Origin: Hyaloraphidium curvatum SAG 235-1
Lineage: Eukaryota > Fungi > Monoblepharomycota
Reading direction: 5' to 3'
NCBI GenBank assembly: GCA_025558095.1
Contig: JAIVFI010000005.1
Span: forward strand, 124,001 to 188,000
DNA: 64,000 nt
Numbering within the stretch: the first letter of the stretch is position 1; each line of letters starts with the position of its first letter. The notes under the pieces are model-generated. The model searched no databases and had not been told where the DNA came from. It saw only the letters and a program-made list of their open reading frames with translations. Below are positions 32,501-42,071 of this stretch, piece by piece. A program made the translations under genes and the position numbers.

Positions 32501-34360
32501 TCAGCCACGACCCGAGCCGGTCCCGTCTGCCCCCGCGAGCTCCCTCAGCGCCGCGATCCCCACGGGCGGCTCCGTCCTCCACGGCACCACGAAGCACCTC
32601 CCCGCCATGCCCCCCACCCTCCGCATCTGCACCCTCTCCCCCGCCACCCTGCCCGCGAGCAGCGGATGCCGCGTCCCCGCCGCCGCCAGGCTCGCGTTGA
32701 CCACCCACGCGAACGGCTCCACGCCCGCCCTGCGCAGATCGTCCTGCAGCGCCGCGGCCTCGGAGACGGGGGTGGTTTCGGGCAGCGCGACGAGCACCGT
32801 GCGCGTATGCGCGGGGTCGCGCAGGCGGAGGAGCGGGGTCGAGTAGTGCTTGGTACCGGGGGGAAGGGCGCGCTCGGTCTGGCGGTGGTACGCGCCCGTG
32901 GCGTCGATGAGGAGGAGCGTGTGGCCCGTGGGGGCGGTGTCGAGGACGACGAAGGAGGAGCGGGCCTCGGCGACGGTGCGGGAAAAGGCGTGGAAGACGG
33001 CGACCTCTTCCGTGCAGGGGGACCGGAGGTCCTCCAGGAGGAGCTTCCTGCCTTCGTCGTCGAGGTTGCGGCCCTTAGTCGCCAGGATCTTGTCGACGTA
33101 GCGCTGCGTTTCGGCCCGGGGGTCGATCCGGTCCACGAGGAGGTGGGGCAGGGTGCCGCGGAGGGTGGGTTCCAGGTGCGCCGCGGGGTCCGTCGTGGTC
33201 AGGTGCACGGATTTCCCGCGGGAGGCGAGCGCGACGGCGATCGCGGCCGCGATGGTGGTCTTTCCCACGCCGCCTTTGCCCATGACCATGACCAGGCCCG
33301 TGTCCCGCTCGGCGAGCTGGTCCACGAGGGCCGAGAGCGGCGGCGGGAGCGGCGCCTCGTCGCCGGCGTCAAGGGCTTTGGGGGCCACGGGGCCCGCCGA
33401 GCCGGAAGGATCCAGCAGGGCACGGAGCGCGGGCAGCCCGACCATGTCGAACGGCTTGAGCGGCACCGCGTCCCGCGGAAGCGAGGCCAGCGACGCGGGC
33501 ATCGCTGCCATTGCCGCCTGCTGCCTGGACCGCAGGGACTCCGCCACGGCATCCCCGGCGGGATCGGCGTCAAACACGCCGTTGACAATGAGGTGCTGGT
33601 TCGCGAGCCCCAGCGCGGCGAGCTCCCCGCGCGTGCGCTCGGCCTCGGCCAGCGCCGATGCGTCCGGCCTGGCGACCAGCACGATCCGCGTCCTCCCGGG
33701 GTCCGCCAGCGCGGCCACGGCGCGCGAGAACATGTCCCGCTGCGTCGTGAGCCCCGAGTGCGGGCCCAGGCACGAGGCGCCGCGGTCGTTGCCCTCCAGG
33801 AAGCCGGACCACAGCCGCGGCAGGCTCAGCAGCCTCAGCGTGTGCCCCGTGGGCGCCGTATCGAAGACCACGCACTCGTAGGCGGGGTCCGGGTCCGCCA
33901 GCAGGCCGGCAAACTCGTCGAAGGCGGCGATCTCGGTGGTGCACGCGCCCGAGAGCTGCTCCCGCACCTTGGTTATTTCCTCCGGCGGCGTCTCCCTTGG
34001 CATCTGTTGGATGACGCGCCCGCGGTACGCCTCGGCCGCTTTGCCGGGGTCGATGTCCCGCACGCGCAGCCGCGGCGCGCCCGGCACGTCGCGCGCGCCC
34101 GGCCCCGGCGCGCCCAGCATCTCAGCCAAATTGGACGCCGGGTCGGTGCCGACGAGCAGCACGCGGCGGCCGCCGTCGGAGAGCCGCAGCGCCGCCGCGC
34201 ACGCCAACGACGTCTTGCCGACGCCGCCTTTGCCGCTGAAGAACAGGAACCGCGGCGCGCCGGACAGCGCGGACAGCGCGCGCGCACCGCAGAGCGGGAA
34301 AGGCTGCACGGCGCGTCGGAGCTGGGCAAAGGACGCGTTTAGTCCGTTTAGGGGCGGCAT
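32501..34360 (-). CDS. arsA: Bacterial-type two-domain arsenical pump-driving ATPase with a ~30 aa N-terminal extension; intronless
   Basis: Two GKGGVGKT P-loops, two DTAPTGH motifs, LSGACTTEIAAFDEF, GASCLGP, EDLRSPCTEEVAVF, LPETTPVSEAAALQDDLRRAG. Confidence 0.95.
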   Translation of the reverse strand: MPPLNGLNASFAQLRRAVQPFPLCGARALSALSGAPRFLFFSGKGGVGKTSLACAAALRLSDGGRRVLLVGTDPASNLAEMLGAPGPGARDVPGAPRLRVRDIDPGKAAEAYRGRVIQQMPRETPPEEITKVREQLSGACTTEIAAFDEFAGLLADPDPAYECVVFDTAPTGHTLRLLSLPRLWSGFLEGNDRGASCLGPHSGLTTQRDMFSRAVAALADPGRTRIVLVARPDASALAEAERTRGELAALGLANQHLIVNGVFDADPAGDAVAESLRSRQQAAMAAMPASLASLPRDAVPLKPFDMVGLPALRALLDPSGSAGPVAPKALDAGDEAPLPPPLSALVDQLAERDTGLVMVMGKGGVGKTTIAAAIAVALASRGKSVHLTTTDPAAHLEPTLRGTLPHLLVDRIDPRAETQRYVDKILATKGRNLDDEGRKLLLEDLRSPCTEEVAVFHAFSRTVAEARSSFVVLDTAPTGHTLLLIDATGAYHRQTERALPPGTKHYSTPLLRLRDPAHTRTVLVALPETTPVSEAAALQDDLRRAGVEPFAWVVNASLAAAGTRHPLLAGRVAGERVQMRRVGGMAGRCFVVPWRTEPPVGIAALRELAGADGTGSGRG

Positions 34361-34651
34361 CGTTGCTCCCGGCTGGACGGTGTTTCGGCGGCTTACAAAT
34401 CCGGTCCCGCGTCTCCCCCAGATGAGGCGTCGGTTCACAGAGCAGTTGACCACCAACTGCTCCACGGATCGCGAGGCATTTCTGCAGGTCGGACCGCGAG
34501 GAAACGCGAAGCAATCTGTATGCGGAGCAGGTACACGCTCTCTTCCCACGGAAGCACACGCGCTCTTCGCATCGAACTCAAGAGGCCGACGATCGCCCAC
34601 ACGCCCGGCCCGCCCCGCCTCCAAAGCCACCCCATCCTCCCGCCCGCACCC

Positions 34652-35836
34652 TCACCCGTCGGGCCACCCGCCCCTCGGGGCGCACTTGAGCTCCCCCGTC
34701 GACTCGTCGTACACCACCAGCGTCCCCGTCGAGTCGTCCTCCTCCCATGGCGGCGGCGCCAGGAACGGGTGCAGCAGCGCGGCGTGCGCCGACATCCTGC
34801 CCGCGGGGTCGTTCACCAGCAGGCCGCGGACAAAGTGCTCGAAGAAGGGCGGCGGCGCGGGGCGCGCGGGGAAGGAGAAGCTGCCGCCGTCGATGCGCCG
34901 GTAGAGCTCGACAAAGTCGCCGCAGTCCTCGAAGGGGGTGGCGCCAAAGAGCAGCTCGTAGGCGAGGATGCCGGCCGAGTAGCAGTCGACCCTTTCGCCG
35001 TAGGGCTCGCCGCGGACCAGCTCCGGGGGCAGGTAGAAGGGGGTGCCGATCATCGTGGTCATGCCGCGCTTGTCGGAGGGGCGGACGTGGGCGCCGCAAA
35101 AGTCGGCGAGGAAGAGGGAGGAGGGGTCGTGGAAGGAGCGGAGGAGGACGTTGGGCGCCTTGATGTCGCGGTGGACGATGCCGTGGGAGTGGAGGTGCTC
35201 GAGCGCGGAGAAGACTCGCTCCATGACGGTGTGCACCGTGGTGTCGGGGAGGGTGCCTCCTCGGGATTTGGCGAAGACTTGCAGGTCCTGCGAAGGACAG
35301 CGGACGGTGTCAGCATGGGTGTCAGCCGGGGTTCTCCTTGCGGCAGCCAGCCCACCCACCCCCTCTCCCAGCTCCAGCACCATGTAAATCTTCTCCGGGG
35401 TCGAGAAGAACTCGAACATGCGGCACACGGAGGGGTGGGTGATTGCGGCGACGGCGCGGAAGCGGTCGCGCAGCGCGGCGTGCTGCGTCTCCCGCTCCCG
35501 CAGCGCGGCGTCGAGCTTGCGGCCGCCGGTGCCCGGGTCGGCCGGCAGCGCCGGCCGCTCGAAGCACTTGACCGCGACGGCGGTGCCCCAGTCCAGCGCC
35601 ACGGCGGCGCGCACCGTGGCCTCGGAGCCCTTTCCCAATACGCGGACCATGCGGAAGCGCTTCCGCCGGCGCAGGCCGTGCTCGCACGCCGATGTGGCGT
35701 CGTCGTCGGGGTCCGCGGGCGGTGCGGGGGCCGGCGCCACCGCGGTGCCGTCCGACGAGGTCGGCGTGGGCGGGGACGCGCGGCCGCCGCCGCCCCAAAG
35801 CGGCGGCTGGGCGGGGGCGAAGTAGGGGGACAGCAT
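34652..35836 (-). CDS. Ser/Thr protein kinase (CAMK/Aurora-like); in-frame intron 35288-35359
   Basis: LGKGSEATV, VAVK, HRDIKAPNVLL, DFC (for DFG), GTPFYLPPE, DCYSAG, LLHPFL. Confidence 0.85.
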   Translation of the reverse strand: MLSPYFAPAQPPLWGGGGRASPPTPTSSDGTAVAPAPAPPADPDDDATSACEHGLRRRKRFRMVRVLGKGSEATVRAAVALDWGTAVAVKCFERPALPADPGTGGRKLDAALRERETQHAALRDRFRAVAAITHPSVCRMFEFFSTPEKIYMVLELGEGVGGLAAARRTPADTHADTVRCPSQDLQVFAKSRGGTLPDTTVHTVMERVFSALEHLHSHGIVHRDIKAPNVLLRSFHDPSSLFLADFCGAHVRPSDKRGMTTMIGTPFYLPPELVRGEPYGERVDCYSAGILAYELLFGATPFEDCGDFVELYRRIDGGSFSFPARPAPPPFFEHFVRGLLVNDPAGRMSAHAALLHPFLAPPPWEEDDSTGTLVVYDESTGELKCAPRGGWPDG

Positions 35837-36774
35837 TGCGCGGGATCGACCGCCGAAAGAGTCGGGTCGCGGTCGTTCGCCGCGCGAGGGTCCGTCCCTT
35901 AGCTGGCCGGCAACCCGGCGGTGCGCGACCCCCGCGCCGCCGCCGCCATGCAAGGCGGGGGTGGAGATCGGGCCGGCGGGATGATGCGCCCCGTCCGCGA
36001 CGGCGGCATGCGGCGCCGTGCGAGATCGGCGGCCGAGATCCCACCGAGAAGCTGTGTCCTGCGGGCCGGTTCAGGCATCGGCCGGTGACTCGGCCCCGGT
36101 GCCAAGGCCCCGCAGCGCCGCCCCCGTGCCCCCCGTCGCCACCATGCGCGGCTTCCCTTCGTCCGGCGAGCTCGGCAGGCTGCCCTGTCTGGCTGCGGGC
36201 CTGGTGCGCGGCCCGCGGGACGGCGATGGGTGCGCCATATTCGGCGGTTCGAGACCCCAATTTCGAGGGTACCGCCGCGTCGGACCCGCAGGGCCTCGGG
36301 CCTCGCCGACTCGACGACGTCGCGGCCGGCCGTACCAGATTGTGCATCCGGGTGCCGACCATCCTTGCGGCGGAAGCAACTCCGCACGCGCGGCACGCGG
36401 CCGCCGTCCGCCGCCCCGGCGGACACGCAGAGGACGGCGGCCCCGCGGGACCGCCTCGCCGAGCCCGCCCGCAGGGGCTGGCCCGTCCCGACATCGCCCG
36501 CACGGCCGACCGCACTCATCCGTCATCCGCTCGCGGTCGCCGGTGCCCGCCCTGCAACCCGCCGAAAGGTGCGCGCCTTTCCCCGGCACCCCCCGCGCGG
36601 CCGCGGCCCCGACTCGGGCCTGGCGCGGGACCGGAGGAACTCGAAGGCAGATGGATTCGTTGACAGACGATCTTCGAAGCAATACGAGCTCGGGTAGCAA
36701 CTTCGCTTCTTCGCGGCGTCGTTCATGGCCCGCGGCCGATACAATCGAGCGCTCGCCAGGAACCGCCGCGCGGC

Positions 36775-37164
36775 TCACCCCTCCTTCTCCTTCCCCTTCT
36801 CCCCCAGCAGGGCCGCCAGATGCGCCAGCCCGATAACCAGCTCGAACCCCACCGCCCCGAAGTTCTTTTTCGTCCTCCGCTCCGCCCCGTCCAGCGCCAG
36901 CGACACCGCCCTCCCCACCGCTGCGCCGACCCACGCCAGCCCGGCGACCCTCGCGCCGGAGGCGTTCCCGCGCAGCAGCTGCCGCGCGGCTTCGAGCTCG
37001 AGGAAGAGGAAGAGTCCCCCATAAGTCGCGCGGCCCTCGGCGAGGCCCTCGGGCGCGGCGGCGCGGACGCCGACAAAGGCGAACGCGGCGTGCGGGGAGA
37101 GGAGGCCCATGGCGCCGAGGGCGGCGCCGGCAAGGATGCCGAGGGGGGGCAGGACGGCGGCCAT
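36775..37164 (-). CDS. Small 4-TM membrane protein, DUF4345-like
   Basis: GLAEGRATYGGLFL and GRAVSLALDG motifs; four hydrophobic segments. Confidence 0.65.
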   Translation of the reverse strand: MAAVLPPLGILAGAALGAMGLLSPHAAFAFVGVRAAAPEGLAEGRATYGGLFLFLELEAARQLLRGNASGARVAGLAWVGAAVGRAVSLALDGAERRTKKNFGAVGFELVIGLAHLAALLGEKGKEKEG

Positions 37165-37443
37165 GGCGGCGGCGGCGGCGGGAGGCGGAGGGAGACGGCG
37201 GACGGGAGACACGGAGACGGATGGCGCGATTGGTTTCCAAACAGCGCGACGCGGGTGAGGCCCCCGGCGTTGAGCCATGTCTCCCGAAAATCATCGGGGA
37301 AAAATGCGCTCGCGAGCACTCGCTCGCCGCTCTCCCGTCGAGCATTTGGCGCCGTTCGGACGGTTGCTGCCCGCCTCGTCGGCCGGAGCGAAACACTCAC
37401 GCAGGAACGCACCCCCGCGACGGGCACCGAGAAACGTTCCTCC

Positions 37444-37964
37444 ATGGCGGGCAAAGTTACTCTCGGACTGCCCTTCCTTCATCCCATCGAGAACCCCGTC
37501 TTCCACCTGAACACCGCCCCCCTTCATGTCCTACGCAGGCTGACTGGCAGGCCGTGCTCTGCCACCCCTTCTTCCAATCCACCGATCCGGAGCGCCTGAT
37601 CCGCGCCGGCACCAAGCAGGCCGAGGACCCCAACGAGGCCATCAGGTTCAAGACCAAGGACGGCAAGCCGCCCGCCCCCCCAGGCCAATCCCAGGCCCGT
37701 CGACCTCCCCGACGCGGTCGACGAGGCCGTGGAGGAGGCCGCGAAGGCGTACGATTCCGCGGAGGAGCCGGGCGAGCCCGACGACGGGTCGATGGCCGCG
37801 TACCTCTCGACCGACGAGGCGAGGGCCGCCGGGAAGGGGAAGGGCAAAGCGTCGGGATATACGGCGCATACCACGCCGCTGACGAGGAGACGGCATACTT
37901 CGCCACGACGGCGGGGGCGGGAAAAGGAAGGGAAAGGGGGGCGGACGCGGCGGGGGGAGGTTGA
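37444..37964 (+). pseudogene. Degenerate coding remnant of unknown family
   Basis: Protein-like, codon-biased segments (DWQAVLCHPFFQSTDPERLIRAG; DLPDAVDEAVEEAAKAYD; SVGIYGAYHAADEETAYF) occur in shifting frames. Confidence 0.3.
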
Positions 37965-38111
37965 GCAAGCTGCGGAGGCCGCGCATCCTCTCTGTGGCCC
38001 GGATGGTCCAGGCATGGGAATGAGATCGGGTGCCTTCGGAGTACTTCGGGGAGCAACATGATGTATGGAAGTCGGTGTAGCAAGTACATTGGAGATCGTC
38101 TTTCGCATGCC

Positions 38112-39560
38112 TCACGCGGTCGCCACAAGCAGCACAATGGTAAGAGCCAGCCGTGCAACAGGCGAGCCGGCTCGCGTCCCGGTCATCCCATCGGCGACTG
38201 CAACGACCATCCCTCCCGCTGCATCGCTCTCATCCGTCGGGCAACGCGGGTCCGCCGCCTGCTCTCCGTTAAACACCCCTGCGGCCCTGGCGCACCATCC
38301 GCCGGCTCTCTCCGGGCAGATCATCCCCCCGCCTTCCGCCGACGGCTCGGGTTCCCCCGGCGCGAGCACCGTGCACGCACGATCGGAGTACCACGAGCAG
38401 CGCCGGGCGTCCGGGCCCCGGCATTGGACCGAGCTGTCGGAGAAGCGCACGGAAAAGTAGTTGCCCTTGTCCGCGCAGGAGCGGATGCAGGTCCAGGGCA
38501 TGGGAGGCGCGAGACCAGGGCATTCGTAGTCCGGCGGAATGCCGTGGAGGGCGGCGTCCGCGGCGAGCTTGCACCACCCCGTGTCGGTCTGCGTGCAGGT
38601 GAGCCCAACGACGCGGGCGCCGTAGCCGCGGTCGTCCGACGGCGCCGGCTCCCCCGGGGCGAGGATGGAGAGGCCCATGTCCGTATACCAGGAGCACCGC
38701 GAACGGTCGGGGCCGTGGCACATCACCCGGAATCCGGCGCGCCTGATCCGGAGGTAATTGCCTTTGTCCTCGCACGACCGAATCGCCATCCACGGCCCGT
38801 GGAAGGTCTCGTTGCTCGACGTTTCGGTCACGTCGGGGCACGATTCCGGTTTCTTGGGGTACAGGAGGTAGTTGTGAACCTCGCTGCAGAAGCTGTAGCT
38901 CTCTTCCCACGGTACGTCCTGCGTTGCGTTGAGTTCGACGTTCTTGCCGCGGCATCGGGCACCGCCCCCGGCGACGGGGTACCCGTTCTCGGCCACCGTG
39001 CAGAAGGGGTCCGAAAACAGGCTGCAGGTCCCGTTCTTTGGCCCGGCGCAGCTTGCCATGAACCGGTACTCGATGTCATTGAACGAGGGGCCGGTGCTCG
39101 CTGACGCCCGGATCCACTTGCAGCCCAGCGACGGCGCCCTCACGCACGACTCGGTGCCGTCGTACTTGCCGCACGTGAAGCCCCACTGCGATGCCCGCAC
39201 TCCGAGACGGCGGCGGCCGACGGACGCACCGGTGCCCCTGTCGCACCACCCGATGCACTGCGACGCTCCGCGGTTGCCGTAGGAACCGGACCAAGTGGAG
39301 CGGCACACCAGGAAGCCCGTGGCGGGATCGATGACCTCGAAGTCCCATGAATCGGAGTGGCTGGTGGCCGCCGTCGGCGCAGGGTGGGCGAGCAGCACGG
39401 CGAGGGCGGCGGCTGCCGCCGCGCAGAAGAGGGCTGCGGCGCCATTGCGGCGGAGGGCGACGGCCCCGAACCGGCGCCGGCGGTGCCGTTTCTTCGGAGA
39501 GTTCGTTTCTACGTCCGTTCTATCGTCCGTTGTTGTAAGTTCCCTGGCAAAGTGGTTCAT
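38112..39560 (-). CDS. Secreted/GPI-type Cys-rich surface protein, copy 1 (lacks the middle module)
   Basis: Hydrophobic leader; IRSCxDKGNY...CxGPD...CSWY modules; hydrophobic C-terminus; intronless. Confidence 0.8.
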   Translation of the reverse strand: MNHFARELTTTDDRTDVETNSPKKRHRRRRFGAVALRRNGAAALFCAAAAAALAVLLAHPAPTAATSHSDSWDFEVIDPATGFLVCRSTWSGSYGNRGASQCIGWCDRGTGASVGRRRLGVRASQWGFTCGKYDGTESCVRAPSLGCKWIRASASTGPSFNDIEYRFMASCAGPKNGTCSLFSDPFCTVAENGYPVAGGGARCRGKNVELNATQDVPWEESYSFCSEVHNYLLYPKKPESCPDVTETSSNETFHGPWMAIRSCEDKGNYLRIRRAGFRVMCHGPDRSRCSWYTDMGLSILAPGEPAPSDDRGYGARVVGLTCTQTDTGWCKLAADAALHGIPPDYECPGLAPPMPWTCIRSCADKGNYFSVRFSDSSVQCRGPDARRCSWYSDRACTVLAPGEPEPSAEGGGMICPERAGGWCARAAGVFNGEQAADPRCPTDESDAAGGMVVAVADGMTGTRAGSPVARLALTIVLLVATA

Positions 39561-42071
39561 CGTGAGGTTCTGGTTGCTGGAGTCATCGGTGGCGGAGCAA
39601 GGCCCTGGATCCCTGGTCCCTGATGAGGCTGCCGCGCGTCCCAGTGACGAGGATCGGACTTCATCATCGGCGGATATCAAAGGCTCCATACAAAAGCACT
39701 ATCGGTATTCGAGTTCACACAACCGCCACAACCACGGCGACGGCGAAGACCGGCAGCGCGAAAGAGACGGCTCTCCGCCTGGCCCCAGATGGCCTGCCCG
39801 ACGCCCCGGTATCCGCGGGCGAGCTCGTGGGGCTTGCCGCGGAAGCAACCGTCCCTCCCGCCGCATTGCTCCCCGTCGGGCACGTCGGATCCGCAGCCTG
39901 CTCCCCGCTGAATACCCCGACGGCCCTGGCGCACCATCCCTCGGCCCTCTCCGGGCAGATCATCCCGCCGCCGTCCGAGGAGGGCTCGGGTTCCCCAGGC
40001 GCCAGAACCGTGCACGCACGATCGGAGTACCAGGAGCAGCGCTGGGCGTCTGGGCCGCGGCATTGGGCCACGCGGCCGGCTGCGCGCACGGCGATGTAGT
40101 TTCCCTTGTCTGAACAGGAGCGGATGCAGGTCCAGGTGGAGGAAGGCGGGGTCGAGGTTGGGGATGCCTGACCAGCTGAAGTGGTTTGTTGCACAACTGT
40201 CGACTCGTGCCTGGCCTGGGTCGTGGTGGCAGGCAGCCTTCCGCCGTTGGCATAGTCCCACTCCGGATGCGCGGCAAAGAAGCCCCGAGCGCTCGAGCAC
40301 CAGATTTCAGTGCAGGGGCACATGCAGGTGCCGCCCTTGGCCATCAGCTCCGTCGGGGTGCACACGTGGCCTCCCGGGCCCTCGTCCCGCGCTGCTACCG
40401 CGCGGCCACATTGTCGCTTCTTGCTATCAGGACAGCCGCTCGGCCAGGCCACCTGGACGGTGCAGTTTGCATCCTCGTACGCCCAGCAGTTCTCTGCATC
40501 AGGCCCACGGCACTGCAGCGTGTTGCGGCCGTCGGCATCCACGCGCCGGACCTTCACGTAGGTGAAGCAGAGCACCTCTCCCAAGCACTGCCAGTCAGAA
40601 AGCGGCGACAGTGTGCGCACAGGTCCGGGGGTGGTGGTCGTGGAGGTACGCGTCCGGGTCGTTGGGGGCGGGAGGCCGGGGCACTTGTAGTCGGGCTGGA
40701 TGCCGCGGAGGGCGGTGTCGGCGGCGAGCTTGCACCACCCCGACTCGGTCTGGTTGCAGGTGAGACCCACAAGCCGGGAGTCATCGGTGCCGCCCGACGG
40801 CGCCGGCTCCCCGGGGGCGAGGATCGAGAGGCCCGGATCGGTGAACCAGGAGCACCGCGAATTTTCTGGGTACGGGCCGTGGCACATGACCCCGAAGCCG
40901 GCGCGTCTGATGCGGAGGTAGTTGCCCTTGTCCTCGCAGGACCGGATCGGCATCCACGGCCCGAAGAAGGGCTCGTCAGAAGAGGTCTCGGTCACGTCGG
41001 GGCACGACTCTGGCTTCTTCGGCTTCTGAAGATAGTCCCAAACATCATTGCAGAAGCTGTAGGTCTCGTTCCACTGGATCTTTGGCTCGAACTGCTCAGG
41101 TTTGGTTGGGAGAGCCCTGCCGATGCAGGTGGCGCCCCCGCCCGCGGCCGGATCCCCGTTGTCGGCCGGCCCCGCGCAAAAGGGATCCGAGAAAAGGCTG
41201 CATGTCCCGTTTGCCGGTCCGGCACAGCTTGCGTGGTACAGGTACTGGCCCAGGCCGCTGTCGCTGTGCGCCGACGCTCGGATCCACTTGCACCCGAGCG
41301 AGGGCGCACGCACGCAAGAGTCCGTGCCGTTGTACTTGCCGCAGGTGAAGCCCCACTGCGACCGGGAGGCGAGCCGGCGGCGGCCGTAGGCGGCGTACGG
41401 GCCGCCGTCGCACCACCCGATGCACTGCGAGGCGTGCCAGCCCCCGTACGCGCCGAAACCCTCCCGGCGGCACACCGTGAAGCCCGTGGCGGGGTCGACG
41501 ACCTCCGTGACGTCAAAATATGAGTGACCAGCGGCAGCCGGCGCAGGGAGGGCGAGCAGCGCGGCGAGGGCGGCGGCGGCCGCGGCGCGGAAGACCGCGG
41601 CGCCGGCATCGCGGCGGGCGGAGGCCCCGGACCGGCGCCGCCGGGGGCGGTCATTCGGAGAGTTCGACTCTACGTCCGTTCTATCGTCCGTTGTTGTAAG
41701 TTCCCTGGCAAAGTGGTTCATCGTGAGGTTCTGGTTGCTGGAGTCATCGGTGGCGGAGCAAGGCCCTGGATCCCTGGTCCCTGATGAGGCTGCCGCGCGT
41801 CCCAGTGACGAGGATCGGACTTCATCATCGGCGGATATCAAAGGCTCCATACAAAACCACTATCGGTATTCGAGTTCACACAACCGCCACAACCACGGCG
41901 ACGGCGAAGACCGGCAGCGCGAAAGAGACGGCTCTCCGCCTGGCCCCAGATGGCCTGCCCGACGCCCCGGTATCCGCGGGCGAGCTCGTGGGGCTTGCCG
42001 CGGAAGCGACCGTCCCTCCCGCCGCATTGCTCCCCGTCGGGCACGTCGGATCCGCAGCCTGCTCCCCGCTG
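39509..42071. repeat. Near-identical ~400 bp direct repeat (about 39509-39910 and 41670-42071, offset 2161 bp)
   Basis: Covers a gene 3' end, the intergenic gap and the next gene's 5' end; only a few substitutions seen. Confidence 0.9.
39715..41721 (-). CDS. Secreted/GPI-type Cys-rich surface protein, copy 2
   Basis: Same family; three C..GP(D)...C.W/Y modules with Thr-rich linkers; GPI-like tail. Confidence 0.8.
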   Translation of the reverse strand: MNHFARELTTTDDRTDVESNSPNDRPRRRRSGASARRDAGAAVFRAAAAAALAALLALPAPAAAGHSYFDVTEVVDPATGFTVCRREGFGAYGGWHASQCIGWCDGGPYAAYGRRRLASRSQWGFTCGKYNGTDSCVRAPSLGCKWIRASAHSDSGLGQYLYHASCAGPANGTCSLFSDPFCAGPADNGDPAAGGGATCIGRALPTKPEQFEPKIQWNETYSFCNDVWDYLQKPKKPESCPDVTETSSDEPFFGPWMPIRSCEDKGNYLRIRRAGFGVMCHGPYPENSRCSWFTDPGLSILAPGEPAPSGGTDDSRLVGLTCNQTESGWCKLAADTALRGIQPDYKCPGLPPPTTRTRTSTTTTPGPVRTLSPLSDWQCLGEVLCFTYVKVRRVDADGRNTLQCRGPDAENCWAYEDANCTVQVAWPSGCPDSKKRQCGRAVAARDEGPGGHVCTPTELMAKGGTCMCPCTEIWCSSARGFFAAHPEWDYANGGRLPATTTQARHESTVVQQTTSAGQASPTSTPPSSTWTCIRSCSDKGNYIAVRAAGRVAQCRGPDAQRCSWYSDRACTVLAPGEPEPSSDGGGMICPERAEGWCARAVGVFSGEQAADPTCPTGSNAAGGTVASAASPTSSPADTGASGRPSGARRRAVSFALPVFAVAVVVAVV

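Noticed and set aside
32501-34360. Ordinary eukaryotic Get3/ASNA1
   Set aside because: It has two fused ATPase domains and the three metalloid-binding Cys motifs, and no recognisable Get3 C-terminal CxxC dimer motif
34361-34630. 90 aa further N-terminal extension of ArsA from the ORF track
   Set aside because: It starts at a non-ATG codon, has non-coding-like composition and abuts the kinase 3' end; ATG 34360 is more plausible
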